A DNA stretch of 36,686 nucleotides, from assembly GCA_000433115.1 (NCBI GenBank), contig FR892195.1:2523-39208 (forward strand). Direction: 5' to 3'. A program made the position numbers and the translations under genes. Under the pieces are notes generated by a model. It did no database searches, was not told the DNA's origin, and was given only the letters and a program-made list of their open reading frames with translations. The stretch is from Ruminococcus sp. CAG:382 (GTDB lineage Bacteria; Bacillota; Clostridia; Oscillospirales; CAG-382). The stretch's first letter is position 1; each line of letters opens with the position of its first letter. Below are positions 16,548 to 24,719 of this stretch, in pieces.

Positions 16548-17000
16548 CTATGTGATGGATATGTTTTTTTCGAGCCGCACCACCGTTCCTTTTCCGGGCT
16601 TTGAACGAACCCTCACACGATCGGTGAAGGATTCCATGACGGTGAAGCCCATTCCGCTCCTTTCTCCCTCCGGGTCGGTTGTGAAAAGCGGTTCCATTGC
16701 CTGCTTTATGTCGGATATTCCCCTGCCGCAGTCCTTTATTGTCATGACGAGCCGTCCGTCACCGTAGTATTCGCCTCTCAGTTCAACCATGCGTTTTTCG
16801 GGCGGCAGCGGGCTGTCGCGGTAGGCGTGGACAATGCAGTTGGTGACGGCTTCGCTAACGGCAGTCTTGATATCCGCTATATCATTGACACGCGGGTCAA
16901 GCTGGCTTGCGAATGCCGCCATTGCAGAGCGGGCGAAGCCCTCATTGACGGATTTTGCGGGGAATATGCATCTGAATCTGTTGATCGGTTTATTGTTCAT
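16548..17000 (-). CDS. spoIIAB: Anti-sigma F factor SpoIIAB (serine protein kinase)
   Basis: SAMAAFASQL...IKTAVSEAVTNCIVHAY (N-box) and DCGRGI...GMGFTVM (G-boxes). It overlaps spoIIAA by 11 nt. Confidence 0.93.
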   Translation of the reverse strand: MNNKPINRFRCIFPAKSVNEGFARSAMAAFASQLDPRVNDIADIKTAVSEAVTNCIVHAYRDSPLPPEKRMVELRGEYYGDGRLVMTIKDCGRGISDIKQAMEPLFTTDPEGERSGMGFTVMESFTDRVRVRSKPGKGTVVRLEKNISIT

Positions 17001-17316
17001 TGCGTTTGTCTTCCTCCACCTTTATAAGCCTGTCCATTCCGGACAGCATAACCATTTTAGAAACGGGACCCGATGGCGAGATCAGCACCGTTTCGCCGCC
17101 GAGCGACTTCATAAGTCTGTATCTCCCCATGACATAGCCGAGCCCCGACGAATCGCAGAAGCTGATGCCGGAGGTATCGATAAAAAGAACCTTCGGATGT
17201 TCGCGGTTGATGACCGCATCGGTGTTTTCGCGTGCGGTTTTCGCGCTGTGATGATCCATTTCTCCCGAAAGGGTGACGCATAACGCCCCGTCGCTGTATT
17301 TGTAGTTGAATTTCAC
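16990..17316 (-). CDS. spoIIAA: Anti-sigma F factor antagonist SpoIIAA (STAS domain)
   Basis: GEMDHHSAKTARE...IDTSGISFCDSSGLGYVMGRY is STAS with the phospho-Ser context DSSGLG. I place the start at GTG 17316..17314, 4 nt after GGAGGTGG. The ORF track's 17367 start has no RBS. Confidence 0.88.
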   Translation of the reverse strand: MKFNYKYSDGALCVTLSGEMDHHSAKTARENTDAVINREHPKVLFIDTSGISFCDSSGLGYVMGRYRLMKSLGGETVLISPSGPVSKMVMLSGMDRLIKVEEDKRNEQ

Positions 17317-17424
17317 TTTTCCACCTCCTGTGCAAGTATAACACGTATTCTGCGCGAAGTATGTCACAATGGGCGAAGGCGTATAAATAATTTCGGTGTG
17401 TCGGAGAGCTGTTTTGCGCCGCTC

Positions 17425-17454
17425 TTGACGTTTTGGCGGAATTTATGGTATAGT
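17425..17454 (+). promoter_or_regulatory. Sigma-A-type promoter upstream of the ECF sigma gene (TTGACG-18 nt-TGgTATAGT)
   Basis: TTGACG at 17425..17430 and TATAGT at 17449..17454, with TG at 17446..17447. Confidence 0.55.
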
Positions 17455-17534
17455 ATGAAAAAGAATCTGCCGAAAAAATTTTATCTAACCCAACCTTTTC
17501 ACTGTTTTTCGCACTTATAGGTGAAACCCTCCGA

Positions 17535-18290
17535 ATGAAAGGATTTTTTATGAAAGCACATACGGATAAAAAGGACGAAACTCTTGTTGAACTGACATTG
17601 CTCGGCGATAAGACCGCATATGAAGAGCTTGTTCTGCGTCATCAGCGCGCGGTGATGGGAACGGCTTATAAGATGACGGGAAACAGATACTCGGCGGAGG
17701 ACGCTTCGCAGGATGCGTTTGTTTCGGCATGGATGAATCTTTCCGAGCTTCGGGACGGCGCAAAATTCGGTTCATGGGTCTGCGCATTTGCCAAAAACTG
17801 CGCAAGGACGCTTGAGAGACGGTACCGTGCCGCGATCCCGGCAATCAGCCTTGACGAATCCGTGTTCTTCGACGTCGAGGATACGGCTGACGTGATTTTT
17901 CCGGATGAATATGAAGACATTCACGCGGCTGTGGATGCCCTCAGCGACAAAATAAGGGAAGCGGTCAGGCTTCATTATTTTGAAGAAATGTCCGTCGCCG
18001 AAATCGCAAAAATGCTTTCGGTTCCGGTCGGCACTGTCAAGTGGCGCCTTTCGGAGGGGAGAAAACAACTGAGAAAGGGTTACGGAATTATGGAGAAAAC
18101 ATATAACGAAAGCGAAAGCCTCGTTACCCGCGTTATGCGACAGGTCGAGGAACTCAAGCTGTGGGGACTCAAAAACGACAAAACCGGATTTGAAGAGGAA
18201 TATCGCGAGGTATTGTGTAATGTCAAAGCGCTTGAGGATTCAAAGGAAAAAAGCGCCATGCTTGCCGATACGCTGCTGCGGGGCTATTGA
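17535..18290 (+). CDS. ECF-type sigma-70 family sigma factor with about 65-aa C-terminal extension
   Basis: Region 2 is EDASQDAFVSAWMNL...FGSWVCAFAKNCA. Region 4 is REAVRLHYFEEMSVAEIAKMLSVPVGTVKWRLSEGRKQL. An alternative start is ATG 17550 (AAAGGA 6 nt upstream). The gene ends at TGA 18288..18290, in the same frame as the next ORF. Confidence 0.88.
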   Translation: MKGFFMKAHTDKKDETLVELTLLGDKTAYEELVLRHQRAVMGTAYKMTGNRYSAEDASQDAFVSAWMNLSELRDGAKFGSWVCAFAKNCARTLERRYRAAIPAISLDESVFFDVEDTADVIFPDEYEDIHAAVDALSDKIREAVRLHYFEEMSVAEIAKMLSVPVGTVKWRLSEGRKQLRKGYGIMEKTYNESESLVTRVMRQVEELKLWGLKNDKTGFEEEYREVLCNVKALEDSKEKSAMLADTLLRGY

Positions 18291-18368
18291 TGGATTCCCG
18301 GCGAAAAGAACGATGAGGTTTTTGCACGCATCAAAAAAGCCGCCGATGACGGTCATAACGAGGACGTT

Positions 18369-20087
18369 ATGATGATGGTCGCGGCTGAGGAATTCGGAAG
18401 GTTTTCCGGCGATGAAAAAATCAGATTCATGCAAGAAACGCAGATACCTTATTACCGTGACAACGGATATCCGAAAACGCAGGCATACGTCCTGTTCTGG
18501 CTTGGATATGAATACCGCGAAAAAGGAGAATATGAGAAAGCCATCCGATGCTATGAGGAAACGATGAAGCTTCTCACCCCGTCAGACGTATATTATGCTA
18601 ACGCAAAAGCCGCAATAAAAGGAGAAAAACGTTCGATTGCAGCTTCAAAGAATCCGGAGATTTTAAGCTTCAATCCCCATGTCACGGGCGAGGTTTACAA
18701 AAAAATCGACGGAAAGCTCTTTTTCTGGGAACAGCCCGGGTATGGCTGTTCGGCGAAAACGGCATACACTTCGCTTTTCTATAATATGTCACGCTGTGAC
18801 AGTCTGATGCTCGACGAAAACATGAAAACCGGAGATGTGATTACATCGTCCGGCGGTGAAATGACACTCACATACAGCCGCGATGACGGTATATGCGATA
18901 CTCCCGCAGGGCATTTCGAAAACTGCTCGGTATATATTCTTGACGGGGAGTGGAGGGGGCTGACGCACTGTGAAACATGGCTCTGCCGCGGAGTCGGCAT
19001 TGTCCGCCAGATCGTGACGCGTGACGGGGAGACACACGAGTGGGTACTTTCCGCATATCAGACGGACGGCACTGACGGACTCCTCCCGTTTGCCGCGGGC
19101 AATCGGTGGGAATATGTGCTTGCGACGCCCGAAACCGTTTGGCTGGCAGAAAGAGAAAACATTTTCGAGGTCACAGCCTGTGACAGCAGCTCTGTAACAC
19201 TTTCAAGTATGAGCTTTGTGGCTGTAAAGGGCTATCACGATACATGGGAAGGCAAAACGGCAGAGGCGAGGTACGGCTACTGCAAGATAATATCTCCCGA
19301 TGAAGGGATCCTTTGCGATGTAAGCAGTGCAATGAAGCGTGCCGAGGAGCTTGCCGTTACAAAACGCCAAAAGGTCCATACTGCTGTGGCAAACAAAGTT
19401 ATGCGCCGCATTTTTGAAACCGATCCCGATATCAATCCGGATTATGCGGAAAAAGGAGTGTGGAATTTCTTTGAACTCGATGAGATAAGAAAATCCGACG
19501 GCAAGGTCGGATATGAACGCATACACGATTTCAGCTTTGAATGGAAAGATATGTCGGCATACGGCACCGACAGCGAAGGATATAAGCTGCTTTACAGCTT
19601 TTTCCTTTGCATTCTGCGGGATGCGACGGGCTGCCTGTGGTCGGACGAATGGAAGGACGGTTATCATTTTGATGAGAAGAAAGCCGCGGAATACGTCACA
19701 AGGAATTTCAACGTTACCGGCGGCGAAACGGTTCAGACTCCTGCCGGAACATTTGAAAACTGTCTGTGCGTCAGCTTTGATTATGATGCGTGGGGATATT
19801 TCTCGGGCAAAAGCGAATACCGGTTCGCGGACGGTATCGGCGTCGTGAGGTTTGAGCATCCGTTCGGCGACGGCAAATGCGCTGTCTGGGAGCTGACGGA
19901 ATACAGAGGAAAGGGAAGCGGGTATTTCCCGACCGACGACGGACTTTTCAGAAGATACGAGCCGGCTTCGCTCGGCGACGGTTGGCACGGTTCGGTGGAA
20001 TACACCTTTGACGCCGACGAGAGCGGGACAGTCATGTTCAAAGACGCACTGGGAAACCGTGATCGCATTGACTATGAGAAAAAATAA
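18369..20087 (+). CDS. Soluble 572-aa protein: N-terminal TPR-like helix pair plus two copies of an uncharacterised beta-rich module; putative sigma partner
   Basis: TPR-like AYVLFWLGYEYREKGEYEKAIRCYEETMKL. There is an internal repeat, TPAGHFENC...GVGIVRQ...W.L..Y versus TPAGTFENC...GIGVVRF...WELTEY. I see no hydrophobic TM segment. GAGGA lies 4 nt before ATG 18369. Confidence 0.7.
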   Translation: MMMVAAEEFGRFSGDEKIRFMQETQIPYYRDNGYPKTQAYVLFWLGYEYREKGEYEKAIRCYEETMKLLTPSDVYYANAKAAIKGEKRSIAASKNPEILSFNPHVTGEVYKKIDGKLFFWEQPGYGCSAKTAYTSLFYNMSRCDSLMLDENMKTGDVITSSGGEMTLTYSRDDGICDTPAGHFENCSVYILDGEWRGLTHCETWLCRGVGIVRQIVTRDGETHEWVLSAYQTDGTDGLLPFAAGNRWEYVLATPETVWLAERENIFEVTACDSSSVTLSSMSFVAVKGYHDTWEGKTAEARYGYCKIISPDEGILCDVSSAMKRAEELAVTKRQKVHTAVANKVMRRIFETDPDINPDYAEKGVWNFFELDEIRKSDGKVGYERIHDFSFEWKDMSAYGTDSEGYKLLYSFFLCILRDATGCLWSDEWKDGYHFDEKKAAEYVTRNFNVTGGETVQTPAGTFENCLCVSFDYDAWGYFSGKSEYRFADGIGVVRFEHPFGDGKCAVWELTEYRGKGSGYFPTDDGLFRRYEPASLGDGWHGSVEYTFDADESGTVMFKDALGNRDRIDYEKK

Positions 20088-20129
20088 ACGGGTAAAGACA
20101 GCGCTGCGTGAATTACACGATGTTGTCTG

Positions 20130-20171
20130 AAAAAAACACCGTACCGAAAGCGTATTGCTATCGGTACGGTG
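20130..20171 (-). terminator. Intrinsic terminator after the alpha-galactosidase gene (the hairpin may also serve the convergent plus-strand gene)
   Basis: An 11-bp stem, CACCGTACCGA(20137..20147)/TCGGTACGGTG(20161..20171). On the minus strand it is followed by a 7-U run (A-run at 20130..20136). Confidence 0.8.
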
Positions 20172-20181
20172 AAAATTTTAA

Positions 20182-22344
20182 TCATTTGATTTTTTCAAGG
20201 ACCCACATCTTTGAGGAATACTCATATGTGAGGTCTACGGGGATTCCGTAGCCCATAAGCTCACTTCCCGTGTATTCCTTGCCGGAATCGTCGCGGTAAC
20301 GCGCATCGGGGTCAAGCCCTTTGAGTTTCAGGCGCTCATAATGCGGATAGATACGCACATGCGTGAGGACATATTCGGCAATACAGATGCTGTCGTCATC
20401 GGAAATGTATTCCCATGCGGCGCAGTCGCCTTCATAGCAGGAGCGCAGACGGAAATAGCGTCCGTTTGCGGCGACATGGCTGTATTTTTTATAAAACTCC
20501 GCAGTGCGTCTGACGAGTGACTGTTCCTCCTCCGAGAGGGCTGTCGGGTCAAGCTCATAGCCGAATGAGCCGGTGAAGGCAACATTGAAGCGGGTATCAA
20601 ACGGTGTGACATGACCGGTCTGATGGTTCGGAGACGCCGAAACATGTGCGGACATCGACGAGAGGGGATAAACGAGCGATGTGCCGTGCTGTATGGGCAA
20701 ACGTTCAATTGCGTCGCTGTTGTCGCTTGTCCAGGTCTGCGGCATATAGTAGAGCATACCGCAGTCAAAGCGTCCGCCGCCGCCCGAGCAGGATTCGAAC
20801 AGAACGTCGGGGAAATCGGTCACCAGACGTTCAAGCAGGCTGTAAAGCCCGAGGTAATAACGGTGGGAGACCTCCTGCTGTCTGTCAACGGGCAGGTCGG
20901 TGCTGCCGACTTCGCTCATATTACGGTTGAAGTCCCATTTCACATATGAAATCGCGCCGTTTTTCAGAACCGCGGCGATAGAATCATAAAGGTAGTCGCA
21001 AACCTCCTTGCGGGAGAGGTTCAGCATGAGCTGCTGTCTGCCCTCGGAGCGCGGTCTGCCGTCGATATGCAGGCACCAGTCAGGGTGTGCGCGGTAAAGG
21101 TCGCTGTCGGGAGAGACCATTTCCGGCTCAAACCATATTCCGAGCGTCATTCCGTGCTTTTTCAGCACATCGTGGATTGCTTCGATTCCTCCGGGGAGCT
21201 TTCGCTTGTCGACGACCCAGTCGCCGAGCGAGCAGTTATCGCTGTCGCGCTTGCCGAACCAGCCGTCGTCGATGACGAGAAGCTCTATACCGAGCTTTGC
21301 GGAGCATTCGGCAATCTTTATCAGACGTTCCTCGTTGAAGCCGAAATAGCAGGCTTCCCAGCTGTTCAGCAGAACGGGACGGGTCTTGTTTTTGTATTTG
21401 CCGCGTATAATATGGTTATTTATAAAGCTGTGCATATTATGCGACATAGCTGTGAGACCGGATGTTGAATGGCAGAGTATGGCTTCGGGAGTATCGAATT
21501 TTTCGCCGTTTTCAAGCTTCCAGGAGAAGCCGTCGGGATTTATGCCCATACGTACACGCGTGCAACCGAACTGAGTCGCCTCGGCATCGGCGGTAAATGA
21601 ACCGGAATAGACAAGAGTGAATGAATATGCATCGCCGCTGTCCTCAGTCGCGTCATGAGATGTGAGTATCATGAAAGGGTTATGGACATGAGATGAAGCA
21701 CCGCGGCGGCTGTACAGCGAGAATTTTCCGCCTTTGAGAGGAAAACGGTCGATGTGCCGTTCACGCGCGTGAGAGCCGATGTTGGAGATTATGTCGAAGC
21801 GGTCGGTGTCAAAATCGACGGAAGCGGACATTGCACACCGAACGCTGACGGCATTCCTTCCGTTGTTGATTATCACCGCGCGGCGGGCAATCACATCGGT
21901 ATCGGCAAACACGGAGTAATACAGCTCGACCGTTACGTCGCTTATGCTGTCTTTCAGCGTTATGACAAGCGTTTCGGGGCAGCCGTAAGACGCGGGAAGC
22001 CCTTCGGGGAGAGGTTTTCGGTCAAGAATGCGGTATGAATCGTATTTCGGGTCGACTATATCCGATCCGTCGGCGTTGATGACTTCAATTGCGGGACTTC
22101 TCAGGTCGCCTCTGCCGAATGCGGGATATTCAAGCTGGACATCATCAAGGATGAGTCCCCTGCAGTTTTCAAGATGGCTGCAGAAAGCCGCTCTGCCGTA
22201 TTCACGGTGCATATAACCGTGGTCGCCGTCATTCAGCTTTGAGCCCCAGTAAGTATGGATGAGATAGCCTTCGCATATCTGCATCACGTACGAGGTGTTT
22301 TTTGTGTTGAGCTGGAACTGTGAACCGTTTACTGTGACAGACAT
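20182..22344 (-). CDS. Alpha-galactosidase, glycoside hydrolase family 36
   Basis: The 720-aa size, YVKWDFNR, the FESCSGGGGRFD catalytic-region motifs, and LLVIDDGWFGKRD are all typical of GH36 AgaA/RafA-type enzymes. Confidence 0.92.
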   Translation of the reverse strand: MSVTVNGSQFQLNTKNTSYVMQICEGYLIHTYWGSKLNDGDHGYMHREYGRAAFCSHLENCRGLILDDVQLEYPAFGRGDLRSPAIEVINADGSDIVDPKYDSYRILDRKPLPEGLPASYGCPETLVITLKDSISDVTVELYYSVFADTDVIARRAVIINNGRNAVSVRCAMSASVDFDTDRFDIISNIGSHARERHIDRFPLKGGKFSLYSRRGASSHVHNPFMILTSHDATEDSGDAYSFTLVYSGSFTADAEATQFGCTRVRMGINPDGFSWKLENGEKFDTPEAILCHSTSGLTAMSHNMHSFINNHIIRGKYKNKTRPVLLNSWEACYFGFNEERLIKIAECSAKLGIELLVIDDGWFGKRDSDNCSLGDWVVDKRKLPGGIEAIHDVLKKHGMTLGIWFEPEMVSPDSDLYRAHPDWCLHIDGRPRSEGRQQLMLNLSRKEVCDYLYDSIAAVLKNGAISYVKWDFNRNMSEVGSTDLPVDRQQEVSHRYYLGLYSLLERLVTDFPDVLFESCSGGGGRFDCGMLYYMPQTWTSDNSDAIERLPIQHGTSLVYPLSSMSAHVSASPNHQTGHVTPFDTRFNVAFTGSFGYELDPTALSEEEQSLVRRTAEFYKKYSHVAANGRYFRLRSCYEGDCAAWEYISDDDSICIAEYVLTHVRIYPHYERLKLKGLDPDARYRDDSGKEYTGSELMGYGIPVDLTYEYSSKMWVLEKIK

Positions 22345-22361
22345 AGTAAACTCCTTTTGTT

Positions 22362-23744
22362 TTATAGGTTGAGGAAAGCTTTTGCTATTGCAAAATAAAG
22401 AAGAAGCGAGATCGCGTCAACGATCGTCGTGATAAACGGGCTTGCCATTACTGCGGGATCGAAGCCGATACGCTTCGCAAGCACCGGCAGGCTGCATCCC
22501 ACAAGCTTTGCGGCGATGACGGTCAGCACGAGTGTCAGGCAGACGACAAGGTCGACGGTAAGCGAAATATTGCTGCCGAATATGAGGTTATCGACAAGAA
22601 GTATCTTGACGAAGCTGCAGCCGGCAAGCGTCACGCCGCAGAGAATCGAAACACGGCATTCTTTCCACAATATCGAAAAGATGTTGCGGATGGAAATGTC
22701 GCCGAGGGCGAGACCGCGTATCACAGTGACGGATGCCTGACTTCCGGCGTTTCCGCCGGTATCCATCAGCATCGGTATGAACGCTATAAGAGCAGCCTGC
22801 GCGGCAAGCTGGTTTTCAAAGCTGCTGATTATCTGACCGGTGAAGGTCGCGGACACCATCAGCAAGAGCAGCCACGGAATCCGGCTTTTCCATATTTCAA
22901 ACGGCGATGTTTTGAGGTACGGCTTATCGGACGGCGTTATCGCTGCCATTTTTTCGATGTCTTCGGTCGCTTCGTCTTCAATGACGTCGATCGCGTCGTC
23001 GAACGTTACGATACCGACGAGACGTTTTTCCTTGTCGGCAACGGGCATTGCGAGAAAGTCGTATTTGCTCATTTCCTTGGCGACGTCCTCTTTGTCTTCG
23101 GTCGTTGAAGCGTATATGACGTTCGTATCCATTATGGCGGAAACAAGGGTGGCTGCATCGGCAAGGAGAAGATCCTTTGCCGTACATACGCCGAGCAGAT
23201 GACGGTAATCGTCGGTGACATAACAGGTGTAAATCGTTTCCTTGTCCACACCGGTTTCACGTATGTGGTCGATAGCCTGTCTTACAGTCATTTCGGGTTT
23301 CAGACTTACATATTCGACCGTCATAATACTGCCGGCACTGTCTTCGGGGTAGTGAAGCAGTTCGTTGATTGCACGGCGCGTTTCGGCGTCGCTTGTCGCT
23401 ATTATGCGTTTTACAACATTTGCGGGCATTTCCTCGATGATATCAACGGTGTCATCAAGGAACATTTCGTCGAAGATTTCGTGGAGACGCATATCGGAGA
23501 AAGAACGTATCAGTGTTTCCTGCGCGTCACGGTCCATTTCGACAAAGGTTTCCGCAGCCGTCTCTTTCGGAAGGATGCGGAAGGCAATGGCGAGCTTTTC
23601 GTCATCAAGCTCTGCAAAAAGTGCCGCTATGTCCTGCGGGGTTTCGTTTTCGAGAAGCTTCTTAAGCCCCTGAGGATTGCGTTCGTCAAGGAGCCTTTCA
23701 AGCTCGTCTCTCTGCTCATCAATGAGCTTTTCTTTTTCGTCCAT
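22362..23744 (-). CDS. mgtE: Magnesium transporter MgtE
   Basis: An N-terminal MgtE_N helical domain, a CBS pair (LLGVCTAKDLL / LVGIVTFDDAIDVI), and a C-terminal 5-TM domain with PMLMDTGGNAGSQ. Confidence 0.95.
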   Translation of the reverse strand: MDEKEKLIDEQRDELERLLDERNPQGLKKLLENETPQDIAALFAELDDEKLAIAFRILPKETAAETFVEMDRDAQETLIRSFSDMRLHEIFDEMFLDDTVDIIEEMPANVVKRIIATSDAETRRAINELLHYPEDSAGSIMTVEYVSLKPEMTVRQAIDHIRETGVDKETIYTCYVTDDYRHLLGVCTAKDLLLADAATLVSAIMDTNVIYASTTEDKEDVAKEMSKYDFLAMPVADKEKRLVGIVTFDDAIDVIEDEATEDIEKMAAITPSDKPYLKTSPFEIWKSRIPWLLLLMVSATFTGQIISSFENQLAAQAALIAFIPMLMDTGGNAGSQASVTVIRGLALGDISIRNIFSILWKECRVSILCGVTLAGCSFVKILLVDNLIFGSNISLTVDLVVCLTLVLTVIAAKLVGCSLPVLAKRIGFDPAVMASPFITTIVDAISLLLYFAIAKAFLNL

Positions 23745-23917
23745 TTTTTCTTCCTTTCTTTGTAGTGAAAATCAAAGGGAAGTAGGACAACAAAGCCGAG
23801 TCTTTCAGCCGGAACGGTTATTGATTTTTTAAGCGGCGAAAAAGACACAATCGGTGACTGCTGCCGCTACTACTGCCGGAATCCATGTTTTTTTCGCCTC
23901 CTGTAATTCAAAAATAC
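23745..23917 (-). promoter_or_regulatory. Structured 5' leader of mgtE (about 170 nt) ending in an SD-sequestering hairpin; candidate cis-regulatory RNA
   Basis: The leader runs from the predicted TSS to the ATG. A 9-bp helix GGCGAAAAA/UUUUUCGCC (23898..23835 on the minus strand) encloses a GCAG-rich segment. The 3' hairpin CUUCC-CUUUG...CAAAG-aaa-GGAAG (23782..23750) pairs with the AAAGGAAG Shine-Dalgarno. Confidence 0.45.
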
Positions 23918-23923
23918 ACATTC

Positions 23924-23952
23924 ATTGTATACTCCGCGCTGTCTTTTGTCAA
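23924..23952 (-). promoter_or_regulatory. Sigma-A promoter of mgtE (TTGACA-17 nt-TACAAT)
   Basis: The minus-strand reading is TTGACA(23952..23947)-17 nt-TACAAT(23929..23924). Confidence 0.65.
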
Positions 23953-23999
23953 GAGCAAAAATTAAAGAATTCGGGTAGTCTTTTTGGTGAAAAAAGTAT

Positions 24000-24028
24000 T
24001 TGCTTTTTGTCGTTTGCTGTGATATACT
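24000..24028 (+). promoter_or_regulatory. Sigma-A-type promoter of upp-ung (TTGCTT-17 nt-TGaTATACT)
   Basis: TTGCTT at 24000..24005 and TATACT at 24023..24028, with TG at 24020..24021. Confidence 0.5.
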
Positions 24029-24089
24029 GTTTTACAATAAATGATCGTACGCCATCGTGCGGTCGCCGGATATGGAAAGGAAGTCAACA

Positions 24090-24719
24090 ATGAACAAAGT
24101 CGTAGTCTTTAATCATCCTATGATCGCACACAAGCTCACTCTTATGCGCATGAAGGAAACAGGCGCAAAGGATTTCCGCGATCTCCTCACCGAAATTTCA
24201 ATGCTTATGGCATATGAAATCACACGGGATATTCCTCTTGAACAGGTCGAAATCGAAACTCCCATATGCAAAACCATGCAGCCCAAGGTTTCGGGTAAAA
24301 AGCTGGCTATTGTGCCTATTCTCCGCGCGGGTCTCGGCATGGTGGACGGCTTTCTTCAGATTGTACCCGTTGCAAAGGTCGGTCATATAGGTCTTTACCG
24401 TGATCCGGAGACAATGCTCCCTGTTGAGTATTATTTCAAAATGCCGCCCGATATAACCGAGCGTACCGCAATTATTCTCGATCCTATGCTTGCGACCGGC
24501 GGCAGCTCTGTCGCTGCAATCGACAGCCTCAAGAAACGCGGCTGCCATGACATCATGCTTATGAATCTCATCGCCGCTCCGGAAGGAATTGAAGAGGTCA
24601 GAAGAAAGCATCCCGATGTTAACATATATGTTGCTGCGGTTGACGAAAAACTCAATGAACATTGTTACATCATTCCCGGTCTCGGCGATGCGGGCGACCG
24701 TCTGTTCGGTACCAAATAA
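24090..24719 (+). CDS. upp: Uracil phosphoribosyltransferase
   Basis: [28 protein letters not shown], and [11 protein letters not shown] (PRPP loop). GGAAAGGAAG lies upstream of ATG 24090. The ORF track's 24057 start is an upstream in-frame extension. Confidence 0.95.
   Translation: MNKVVVFNHPMIAHKLTLMRMKETGAKDFRDLLTEISMLMAYEITRDIPLEQVEIETPICKTMQPKVSGKKLAIVPILRAGLGMVDGFLQIVPVAKVGHIGLYRDPETMLPVEYYFKMPPDITERTAIILDPMLATGGSSVAAIDSLKKRGCHDIMLMNLIAAPEGIEEVRRKHPDVNIYVAAVDEKLNEHCYIIPGLGDAGDRLFGTK

Noticed and set aside
17317-17470. Spo0A boxes or a SigH promoter upstream of spoIIAA.
   Set aside because: I found only one near-match to a 0A box (TGTCGGA at 17399..17405) and a GAAT-containing -10-like GCAGAATA without a convincing AGGA -35. 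That is insufficient to annotate.
23745-23960. Calling the mgtE leader an M-box riboswitch outright.
   Set aside because: The context and length fit. However, I could not find the conserved M-box core strings by eye. It is reported only as a candidate structured leader pending a covariance-model search.
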